The notes under the pieces were generated by a model that was not told where the DNA came from, did no database searches, and worked only from the letters and a program-made list of their open reading frames with translations. This document shows, one piece after another, positions 29,909-38,211 of a stretch of DNA of 64,000 nucleotides. The stretch covers positions 832,223 through 896,222 of the forward strand of contig JBEKVV010000001.1 in assembly GCA_049513715.1 (NCBI GenBank), read 5' to 3'. Position 1 is the first letter of the stretch. Every line of letters starts with the position of its first letter. Both the position numbers and the translations under genes were made by a program. The DNA comes from Candidatus Bathyarchaeia archaeon (lineage in GTDB: Archaea > Thermoproteota > Bathyarchaeia > 40CM-2-53-6).

Positions 29909-31564
29909 TTATCGCCCGTTCTTTTTTCTTGCCGCAAATAGGGCAGCGAATACTAACAACCCCACTGACACCTGTATTAGCAAAGTAGTCCTGAACTCTG
30001 GCACGCTGTTTTGGCCACCAATGAGAATCTCGGTGGCACTGTTGGTGTATGTGAAGAAGACGTAATAGTTGTTCGCGTCGGTGAAGGTTGAAGGGCTGAA
30101 AGTGTCCGAGCCCGATATTACTACGGGCTCTCCGTTCAACAAAGTCTTTGGAATCACCATGTCCATTACACCAATCGGGTTTGATTGATCAGTTGTCGAT
30201 ATTCTAAGAAGCATTGAGGTTGAATTGTAGACGACGTTGCTAACCTGATTATTGCTTGTGATTTGGACGGTAGTCGGTACTTGGGGCAGGTTCAATGGCA
30301 CGGTCGCGAGGTTGCCGACGTGGCCGGTTTTGAGGAATGCAACTATGTCTTGTCGAATGAGGGGCTCGGTTGATGTTCCAAGCCATGTGTGAGAGTACGG
30401 TAGAGGGTCGAGTCTGGTCAGACCGGGTTGAGCGTTCTTGAACCATTGTCCTGCAGTTTGAACGCTGATCGTTCCGGAGTCATCTTTGCCCCATACTAGT
30501 ATGTGTGGGATGGACACTTCGTTTGAGATTGATGCGGTCGTGAAAACCGATGGATCCGTGTGGGTTCCTGTTTCCGTTGGTCCAGTCAGCTCGGCATCCA
30601 TTATCACTGCCAGGTCGAGGATTCTTTGGAAGTCGTGTGTTAGGGCCCAAGCTGAGGCCACGCCGCCCGCGCTCCAACCAATCAGGTAGACTTGGCTCAT
30701 GAGGAAACCGTGCTTCAGAAGAGCTCCAAGCACGAGCGGGAACGATGGAACGTTGGGCACATACCACCCAACGGGTGCGATGACGTTGAACCCTGCAGCT
30801 GCGAGGTAGTTGAGGAAGCCTGTTGTGGCGTCATCCAGTTGGCTAACTCCATGCAGCGAGTCGAGTTCGTAGCCGCCCCCAACGAAGATGACGGCGGGCA
30901 GCGTGGGTGAAGTTAGCTGAATGTATGACCCGCGCCCGCCTAACCCTTGCGAGTAATAGAGCACGGGGACGTTTCCGGAGGCGGAGGCGGTGTTCGTGGA
31001 GTAGGAGCCGTTGGATGTTGCGGCCCAGTTTGTTGTTGGGTCATTCATTTCGAGGGAGTAGTATGCGATGCTTGAGCTGGGGAATTGAGGGACCGTGAAG
31101 CTGAAGCGGAAAACTCCGTTGGAGTCCGAGGTGGCGTGCAGGTTGTTCGTCGGGTCATTATACTGCACCTGTACACCGGCTTCGGCTTTGCCGTACTGGT
31201 CACCAATGAACCCTGTGATCTGGACTACTTCGCCTGGATGAGCTTCGATGTTGCTTAGGATGAAGGCGTATTGACAGCAGTTGACGGCAGATGATGTTTG
31301 TGTTGACGGTCCACTGGTCGTAGTGGTGGTTTGAGTGCTGAGCTGAGTGGTGGTTGTCGAGTTGGTGGCTCCGTTTGTTGTGCTGTTTGTGAAAGTGGTA
31401 TTTGCAGTTGTGATGAATGAGGTTGTTCCGGAACCAGACGATGTGTTTGTGAATGTTACCGACCCAGCAGAAACAGGGGTCAAGATGTGAGCGGACAGTA
31501 AGATTCCAACAACTAGGAATATGATGATTGCGAGTCTGCGCTTACGCGCCAGCAGGGTCATCAT
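29909..31564 (-). CDS. Secreted alpha/beta-hydrolase-like surface protein with Thr-rich linker and PEF-CTERM-like sorting signal
   Basis: Signal peptide; T/S-rich tract; GWSAG nucleophile elbow; VPEF-TM-RKK tail. Confidence 0.75.
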   Translation of the reverse strand: MMTLLARKRRLAIIIFLVVGILLSAHILTPVSAGSVTFTNTSSGSGTTSFITTANTTFTNSTTNGATNSTTTTQLSTQTTTTTSGPSTQTSSAVNCCQYAFILSNIEAHPGEVVQITGFIGDQYGKAEAGVQVQYNDPTNNLHATSDSNGVFRFSFTVPQFPSSSIAYYSLEMNDPTTNWAATSNGSYSTNTASASGNVPVLYYSQGLGGRGSYIQLTSPTLPAVIFVGGGYELDSLHGVSQLDDATTGFLNYLAAAGFNVIAPVGWYVPNVPSFPLVLGALLKHGFLMSQVYLIGWSAGGVASAWALTHDFQRILDLAVIMDAELTGPTETGTHTDPSVFTTASISNEVSIPHILVWGKDDSGTISVQTAGQWFKNAQPGLTRLDPLPYSHTWLGTSTEPLIRQDIVAFLKTGHVGNLATVPLNLPQVPTTVQITSNNQVSNVVYNSTSMLLRISTTDQSNPIGVMDMVIPKTLLNGEPVVISGSDTFSPSTFTDANNYYVFFTYTNSATEILIGGQNSVPEFRTTLLIQVSVGLLVFAALFAARKKNGR

Positions 31565-32091
31565 CTTGAGAATTCTTCCTGTGGATCTGCTCGCATGGAG
31601 AGCCCTATTTCAGGTTTCAACCATCCCGAAGATTGATGCATCTAATTCGGTTTGGATGAGGTGGCACTTATGATGCATGGGCCGAAGGAATATGAACGCA
31701 TCCATGGGAGCGAGCACGGTAGGATATGGCACGTTGGAATGGGCAGACGCCTCCAGCTTCGAGCTGGGTCCGCGCCGGGGGCACCGAAAGTAATAAGTTG
31801 AATTCTAAGTTCCTGACCGATTCAATCTAATTCTTTCGATTTCGCGGCTTTGCGCCCAACTAATCATCGCTATCAGCAATACTGCTGCGCCGGCTGAGAG
31901 ATGCAAACGGTTTCTGGGTAGAGTTCCACCACGTGAAGACGCCCGATGATAGCCCACTATTAGTCTAATTCTTCGAACGCGCCCTAAACATCCGTCGAGA
32001 ACCAACTTACTGATGAGTTGATGTTTGCCGGCTGATGTTTGTGGAGGTTCGGTAGCTTAACTCGCTCGCTTGCGTATGCAACTGCGCCTGC

Positions 32092-32979
32092 TCAATGTTT
32101 CCGTTTGGATCTGCGTGCGATGACGAGCGTCGTCCCCAGAATCGTCACAACCAGCAGAGCGAGGTCGGTGGGGAATTCGGGGATTAGGTTGTAGCCGCCG
32201 ATAGTTATTTGGTGCGTGCTGTGGGGGTAAGTGAAGGTCAGCGTGAAGTGGGTTGAGTTGCTAGTCAGCGAAAGGGCTAGGTACGGAGTCTGCCCGTTGT
32301 CGATTAGAACTATGGGCACTGGACCGTTGATGAGAGTCTTTGCGAATATGACGCTAGCGAACCCGACTGTTCCGCTCGGCCCGCTCGCTGTGAAGTTAAT
32401 CAACTGCCTCCCAGAATCGAAGACCAGGTTTGTGATTGTGGAGTTGCTTTGGATTTGAAGGAAGGTCGATAGAGGTACCTGACCCGACGTGGTTGACGTT
32501 GAGATTTCCAGGCTTGCGGTTGTTGCCGCTGTGACGATGAGTGTCGTGGTCTGGCTGAAACTTACTTGACCGCCAAAGAGCAGGTAGAGCTGGAGGACGC
32601 CGCCGTTGGCTGTGTTGTCGAAGTTTGCCGTTTGCGACGATGTTAACCCATTGAGAAGGAAGTTGATTTGCTCATGGCTGGATTGTGTTTGGTCGCCGTC
32701 AACAGCATCGACCTGGAGCGTGTATTGGCCGCCGGAGGTTGTGGTGCTTCCCGCAGTTTTCCCACTAATCATAGCGGTCAGCGTTAGCCCGTCCGGTGCA
32801 GGGCTTCCGTTGAGCGTGATATTCCCTGTAATCAGCATCGGCCTTATTGGCACTTGAGCGAATGAGTACGAGGACGTAGCGAACGACACTAGAAAAACAG
32901 TGAGTAGACATAACGAAAGAAGTCGTGAGAACCTCCAATCAGTCAACGCGTTCACCTCATCTAGCCTATGGCCATTCAT
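32092..32979 (-). CDS. Secreted surface protein with PEF-CTERM-like sorting signal
   Basis: Signal peptide; GNITLNGSPAPDG domain; SNSTITNLVFD...YPHSTH domain; IPEF-TM-RRSKRKH. Confidence 0.75.
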   Translation of the reverse strand: MNGHRLDEVNALTDWRFSRLLSLCLLTVFLVSFATSSYSFAQVPIRPMLITGNITLNGSPAPDGLTLTAMISGKTAGSTTTSGGQYTLQVDAVDGDQTQSSHEQINFLLNGLTSSQTANFDNTANGGVLQLYLLFGGQVSFSQTTTLIVTAATTASLEISTSTTSGQVPLSTFLQIQSNSTITNLVFDSGRQLINFTASGPSGTVGFASVIFAKTLINGPVPIVLIDNGQTPYLALSLTSNSTHFTLTFTYPHSTHQITIGGYNLIPEFPTDLALLVVTILGTTLVIARRSKRKH

Positions 32980-33142
32980 ACTTACAATTTGTGGTCTCAG
33001 AGCGGCCTATGTGTCGGCAACGGATTGAGCGCCCTCTCCCATCGCCCCATCATGAAAGGACGAAGGGGACGTCAAGCGATACTTTGACTAAGTGTTGGGT
33101 GCAACCAAGCACGTAGGGGTACGCCACCCAAACGAGACAGCT

Positions 33143-33193
33143 CTCTAGGGCTGTGGCACAGGATAGGGTCCTCCACGTCTGCAGTGGAACATT
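33143..33193 (+). repeat. 51-bp dispersed repeat, copy 1
   Basis: ctctagggctgtggcacaggatagggtcctccacgtctgcagtggaacatt; 46/51 identical to 42464-42514. Confidence 0.85.
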
Positions 33194-33229
33194 TTCCAAG
33201 CCTCCTGGCATTGTCTTTCAGGCAATCTC

Positions 33230-33285
33230 ATTGACTCGTTTACGAGTCAATCCCGCTTCTCCTCTCTCTCTCTCTCTCTCTCTCT
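33230..33285. repeat. Perfect 10-bp inverted repeat followed by a (CT)12 microsatellite
   Basis: attgactcgt-tt-acgagtcaat at 33230-33251; (CT)12 at 33262-33285. Confidence 0.9.
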
Positions 33286-33370
33286 TCACCCCTTCCTCAT
33301 ATGGAAAGGGGGCAGCGCCCTTGCCTAATGCACTTAAGTGTGGATGTGCAGGGGTTAAGATGACCCAAAA

Positions 33371-34426
33371 ATGAAACGAATTCTCGTAACACTCCTCGTA
33401 CTACTCTCAATAATAGCCCTAATCCAATTCTCACCCACCGTGAAGATCCCCCAAGTTTATGCACCCGGCCCAGGTCCATTGACATCGGTCACACTTTCTC
33501 TGAGCTCCGGGCCGACCGCGGAGGCGAACAACGGAGTTGCAGCAGGATCATACCAAACCCTACTCGTTAAAGTCGTAACTGCGCCGACATCTTTGGAGAA
33601 AGACGCGCAGCTTAACATAACCGTTAACGGCAATTTTATCTTCTGTCCAAACACCCTGAACGGCCCCTTCACTATTAACGCAACGAGCGCGGGAATGTAC
33701 TCTTGCCACTTCCCAATAGAATCCCTCACGAACTCTACCTTCCCTTACCCGAACGCGGCTTCAACTTACACTTTCCAGGCAACCGCCATAGTAACCGCGA
33801 ATAATTCCGGGAGCTTGATGTCCGCAGTCTTTAGTCTAACCGTCGGCCCTAATGTCGTACAAATACCCCTAGTTGCAGGATGGAACCTGATCTCCCTACC
33901 AATCGTCCCAGCAAACAACGGCATCGCAACAGTTCTTGCTTCGCAGGCTTATGGTGCAAACCTGACAAGCGTCTTGTCGTACCAAGGTGGCGCTTGGAAA
34001 TCCGCGATACTCACCGCCGCGCATACGTTTTCGGGCTCCCTTACCACAATGCAGGACGGACTTGGATACTGGATTTACATGACGAGAGCGGACAACCTCT
34101 TTGTGGTTGGGACCGTATTCGCACTACCACCAGCGCTGCCCCCTAGTTACCCACTACCGGCTGGCTGGAACCTGATCGGGTTCAAACCAGAACCTAACGT
34201 CGACATTCCACCCGGACCCTCGTGCCCTGCGTTAGCTACCTGCGCTACGTCAACTGAGACTGTGGCCACATACCTGCAAAGCATCAACACTTTCTACGAC
34301 ACTAACAACGTATGGATATACAGCAGCTCGACAGGAACATGGAGTAGAGCAACGGGTGCAATTCTTCTATATCCAGGAACCGGTCTATGGATATACCTTA
34401 GCGCAGCGAAAACGCTGTATCCATAA
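33371..34426 (+). CDS. Secreted protein: small Ig-like N-domain + GWNL C-terminal domain (copy 1)
   Basis: Signal peptide MKRILVTLLVLLSIIAL; C-terminal domain from ~33860 LVAGWNLISLP...GWNLIGFKPEP...KTLYP. Confidence 0.85.
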   Translation: MKRILVTLLVLLSIIALIQFSPTVKIPQVYAPGPGPLTSVTLSLSSGPTAEANNGVAAGSYQTLLVKVVTAPTSLEKDAQLNITVNGNFIFCPNTLNGPFTINATSAGMYSCHFPIESLTNSTFPYPNAASTYTFQATAIVTANNSGSLMSAVFSLTVGPNVVQIPLVAGWNLISLPIVPANNGIATVLASQAYGANLTSVLSYQGGAWKSAILTAAHTFSGSLTTMQDGLGYWIYMTRADNLFVVGTVFALPPALPPSYPLPAGWNLIGFKPEPNVDIPPGPSCPALATCATSTETVATYLQSINTFYDTNNVWIYSSSTGTWSRATGAILLYPGTGLWIYLSAAKTLYP

Positions 34427-34514
34427 GCTTACCTTTTTCCTTCAAACAAATTTCCGCTAGAATTACCTTACTCGACTAGAGCAAACTAGCTTGACCTGCA
34501 CAAGGATTGCCTAG

Positions 34515-35384
34515 ATGCCACGGCGAAGCTTAAGCAGAGCAAATGGATTACTATACCGAGAACGCATGACGAGTAGAGTTTCGTTGAAGGCAAGTGTCAA
34601 CAGGGTTGAGGTTGACTTTGTTGATGTTGGCGTTCCAGACACGTTGCCCGTCGTCTTGATTCACGGCTTTCCTTTCAGCCGTGAAATGTGGGACCCTCAA
34701 ATTGAGGTGCTACAGAAACGATTTCGGGTTGTCGCTTACGACCTTCGTGGGCATGGTAAGAGCGGCGTTGGCGATGGGCAGTATACGCTTGAATTCTTTG
34801 TAGACGACCTTCTCGGGCTGCTTGACCACCTGAAGATTGAGAGAGCAGTGCTTTGCGGTTTATCGATGGGCGGATACATTGCGCTAAGGACCGTTGAGAG
34901 AAACCCTGAGAGGGTTCGGGGTCTGATTCTTGCTGACACGCAAGCGAAGGCGGATTCTAACGAAACCAAGTTAAAGCGTGCGGCCGCAATCAAGTCGGTC
35001 AAAGCCAATGGCGTTAATGTTTACGCGGAAGGCTTCGTGAAGTCTGTGTTCGCCCCACAGACCCTTGCCAACAACAAGGCCGCGGTTGAGAAAATTAGGA
35101 GAATAATTCAGTCGAATTCTTCCCTCGGCATATGCGGAGCATTATTGGCTTTAGCGAGTAGGACAGATACAACTGAAGCGCTGTCAGGCATTAAAGCCCC
35201 AACGCTCATTCTTGTGGGCGAACATGACGCGCTTACTCCCCCCACAGCTTCGCAAGAAATGCACAACAAAATTCCAAACTCTGAAATTCATGTGATCCCC
35301 AACGCTGCACACATGAGCAACTTGGAGAATTCCGAGGAATTCAACAAACGCTTATTGGATTTTCTTGGTAGATTGCAAATATAG
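34515..35384 (+). CDS. Alpha/beta hydrolase (3-oxoadipate enol-lactonase-like); start possibly 34566
   Basis: HGFP, YDLRGHG, GLSMGG, GEHD, AAHMSN. Confidence 0.88.
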   Translation: MPRRSLSRANGLLYRERMTSRVSLKASVNRVEVDFVDVGVPDTLPVVLIHGFPFSREMWDPQIEVLQKRFRVVAYDLRGHGKSGVGDGQYTLEFFVDDLLGLLDHLKIERAVLCGLSMGGYIALRTVERNPERVRGLILADTQAKADSNETKLKRAAAIKSVKANGVNVYAEGFVKSVFAPQTLANNKAAVEKIRRIIQSNSSLGICGALLALASRTDTTEALSGIKAPTLILVGEHDALTPPTASQEMHNKIPNSEIHVIPNAAHMSNLENSEEFNKRLLDFLGRLQI

Positions 35385-35854
35385 TTTAGGATAGGGAAGG
35401 TGGCTCTGTCCCAGGTAACACTAGTTTGCCTCCGGCTTGTTTCGCTATCATTCTACTGACGTTACTGGAGCAGCCGGCATTAGCTTCTCAGAAATCTTCT
35501 GTAGGAGGTTGGGTAGATTAGCTCTTGTTTTCGAACTCATTTCCAGTATTTCATCCTTCTCGAGTATCTTGCGTCCTTCCGCGAGTACATTGTCCAAATC
35601 CAAGTTAGGGTTCCAAGTCGACTATCGGGGCTCAGCTGCGCTTTCCAACTTCTTCAATGACGAGTTTGTCTCTTCCCAATGGATGGATCGTAACTTCAAG
35701 CCCGTGCCTGAGGCCCAAGAAACGTGGTCTGCTGTTGAACTGTGATTTGAGGTAATGCCGAATAATTCACGATCTTGTTAGCTAGAACCTTCGAGTTAGG
35801 ACCATGGACCAGCTCTTTCTCGATTGTTCTGAGTGCGATCCGCGTTTGATTACT

Positions 35855-36250
35855 CTAGGACGAGAAACTTGTTACGCCTGCTTTTTCCTTGAACGCCACT
35901 TCGAATCTAGGGAAGACATCCATTCTCCCCAGCAACAACGGAACATCTTCCACCTGACTCCAAGCCACTCTCGCCCGAAAATGAATTGGCCCCAGCCGCA
36001 TCGAAAGTCGCTTTACTAGAATCGGGATTGAGGATTGGCCCACACCGAAAATTCGCCGAAGCCTATCTCTCTTGGTACGGCGCAGCCCGACCAATTTCCC
36101 AACTGATAGAGGAATGAGAGTGATGTCAGCGCCCGAGTCAACGTACATCCACTGGGTGATCCTATCTTGGAGAGTGACCCTTGCAACTGGACGGGTAATA
36201 ACGCCGAAGCGTGCAGACCTCTCCCTAACGTATGGGAAGTCTACCCGCAT
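35855..36250 (-). CDS. Retropepsin-like (clan AA) aspartyl protease
   Basis: YVDSGADITLIP catalytic DSG; LLGRMD flap motif. Confidence 0.85.
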   Translation of the reverse strand: MRVDFPYVRERSARFGVITRPVARVTLQDRITQWMYVDSGADITLIPLSVGKLVGLRRTKRDRLRRIFGVGQSSIPILVKRLSMRLGPIHFRARVAWSQVEDVPLLLGRMDVFPRFEVAFKEKAGVTSFSS

Positions 36251-36444
36251 ATGATCAGCACAAGCGTTTCGCCCTTTGAGACTTTTAGAAGTTCGGGATC
36301 CGCGTCGGGGTGCTTCTTCTTGGCTTCCAACCAGACCTTTTCCGCATCCTTTCCGCTTGCGACAATTCTTCTACGAACTATGGCGACATATCTGCCCTTG
36401 TACCTCGAAAAGTCGATCGCGACAAAGAGCCGCCGCCTCTTCAA
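36241..36444 (-). CDS. DUF5678-like small protein, partner of the aspartyl protease
   Basis: YKGRYVAIVRRRIVASGKDAEKVWLEAKKKHP; overlaps the protease start. Confidence 0.75.
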   Translation of the reverse strand: MKRRRLFVAIDFSRYKGRYVAIVRRRIVASGKDAEKVWLEAKKKHPDADPELLKVSKGETLVLIICG

Positions 36445-36528
36445 GCAGGTCACCCAATAACTATAGCTCTCCAAGCGCCTGCTAAAAAGCAGAGCCTTCA
36501 CCTTCTCGAGAAGGTCCGCGCCGTCCTG

Positions 36529-36840
36529 TTAGGCTTTCGCGATTGCTGCGATTACAATTCCGGTTTCTTCCCAGGCTGCTTGGACCTCGTCCCTGAGTTT
36601 GGCTGCTCCAGGTTCGTTCCGCTCGCAGAATATCACCTTGGCCTCTAGGGCAAGCTTGGTGACCGTCCAATATCCCAGCTGCTCCCGCGTCGACTTCAAC
36701 TGATCCTTAAAGCGAATCGCGTCTGGAGCATTGCCGGCAGCGATCGCTTCATCCCTCTTCCGCGTTAGATTTGCAAGTTCCGAGTTAGCGTGCTTGATCT
36801 TCAGCTTGGTATCGTCCAGACGCGGGTGGGCTACACCCTT
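36529..36840 (-). CDS. Hypothetical coiled-coil protein or gene remnant
   Basis: Helical LDDTKLKIKHANSELANL...; the N-terminus of the called ORF runs through a repeat and is doubtful. Confidence 0.35.
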   Translation of the reverse strand, partial: KGVAHPRLDDTKLKIKHANSELANLTRKRDEAIAAGNAPDAIRFKDQLKSTREQLGYWTVTKLALEAKVIFCERNEPGAAKLRDEVQAAWEETGIVIAAIAKA

Positions 36841-36900
36841 CAATGCGGTAGAATGCCGGTTTCCTGCGCGCACCCCCCCCTGGAGGGGGGCTGGTAACCA

Positions 36901-36970
36901 CCAAAACATTAGGTGGTAACCACCTTGAAGCCCTCGTGTTTCCTGCAGGGTGTAATCACCCAATCAATGG
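36901..36970 (+). repeat. ~70-bp direct repeat, copy 1 (palindromic core)
   Basis: aaacattaggtggtaaccaccttgaagccctcgtgtttcctgcagggtgt, 49/50 identical to 38008-38057. Confidence 0.9.
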
Positions 36971-37484
36971 GTGAAACCACCATCAAGAGACGGGGGCGCC
37001 TAATTCTGTTTGACGCTAGACTTTCGGTGTCCGACAAAACTCATTGCACCCGACCGTGTAGGTGGTCCCCGGCGACTAACTACATGGTCAGGAGACGTGA
37101 CGGCTAGCTAATGCGAATGTAGTACCAGGGCACTACGTTCAAGTTTGAGGTGCTAGCTGGCTTTCAGCTTGCTTGGTCACTCGTTGAATAGCTTGGAGCA
37201 AGGCGTTCTCCGCCGTCACATACGCGGTCAGACCAATGGTCAGCAACGTTTCGCAGGCGTCACTCTTCGATGTCCGCTTTGTCGCCGAAGTGATTCTCAC
37301 AATCTACCAAGATAATCCACCCCTCTTGCGAGGTAGATTTGCGCTGAATAGACTGCTGGATTCCCGGCGGCTCCTATGTCGTTCTCGTTCAAAGCTTATC
37401 GCCAAAAAGATGTTTGGACTATGTTATACTCCGACAGGAGGAGGAAGTATACCCCAATCACAATGGTCGGTGATGGGTAACATT

Positions 37485-37709
37485 CTATTTGAGCAGTCTA
37501 AGAAATTCCTCACGTGTAACTTTAGCTTCCGCCAGTATCCAGCTAAGAAGATTAACGGGTACAACCTTGTATACGGGAATCGTCAAGCGGCGTCCGTCAG
37601 GGTGGCGGAGGAAAACGTGGCTGCTGCGTTGCCTAACTACTTCAAAACCTAGCTTCAGGAAGACCCGCAACAAATCCTTCCCAGAAACTTTTCTGGGAAG
37701 TTTCGCCAC
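37485..37709 (-). CDS. hicA: HicA-family toxin
   Basis: LKLGFEVVRQRSSHVFLRHPDGRRLTIP...LLSWILAEA. Confidence 0.88.
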   Translation of the reverse strand: MAKLPRKVSGKDLLRVFLKLGFEVVRQRSSHVFLRHPDGRRLTIPVYKVVPVNLLSWILAEAKVTREEFLRLLK

Positions 37710-37912
37710 TAGAGTTCAACTTCTACGAGTTTCTTTCCTTTGAGCTCATCTTCGAGCGTATCAAGATGGAGGGAAATCGCGCCCCTGATATTCCTTAGGG
37801 CCTCTTCCTCGGTTCTCCCTTGACTAAATACACTCATCTCCAGGCATCTCGCGGCAAAAAGTCCGGACTGTTCATCCTGCTCGATGTAAACGTGGAAACG
37901 CCTGTTCGACAT
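37709..37912 (-). CDS. hicB: HicB-family antitoxin
   Basis: FHVYIEQDE..LFAARCLEM.VFSQGRTEEEALRNIRGAI. Confidence 0.88.
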   Translation of the reverse strand: MSNRRFHVYIEQDEQSGLFAARCLEMSVFSQGRTEEEALRNIRGAISLHLDTLEDELKGKKLVEVEL

Positions 37913-38003
37913 GTAGTCTATTAACGCACTTCCTCTAGAAAGGGATTACCATAATTTCTGTTAATTTATGCTTCATCTATTGCGCTCCTTCATCATATGT
38001 CGG

Positions 38004-38075
38004 CCAGAAACATTAGGTGGTTACCACCTTGAAGCCCTCGTGTTTCCTGCAGGGTGTTGAACACCCAATCATTGG
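38004..38075 (+). repeat. ~70-bp direct repeat, copy 2
   Basis: See 36901-36970. Confidence 0.9.
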
Positions 38076-38211
38076 AGAACCCTGTTTCCTCTCTTGCGAG
38101 ATTATTGCGAATCAGACGGAAGGGTCGGGAGTATTAGCTCTGCCACTACGTATCGAGTTCCGGGGGTTACGGGATTATGGTAGCGTTACAGTAACTCCGG
38201 ACCGGAGGACT

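Noticed and set aside
35440..35800. Possible decayed gene on the minus strand (...NLDLDNVLAEGRKILEKDEILEMS...)
   Set aside because: Contains stops and I could not assign a family; left unannotated
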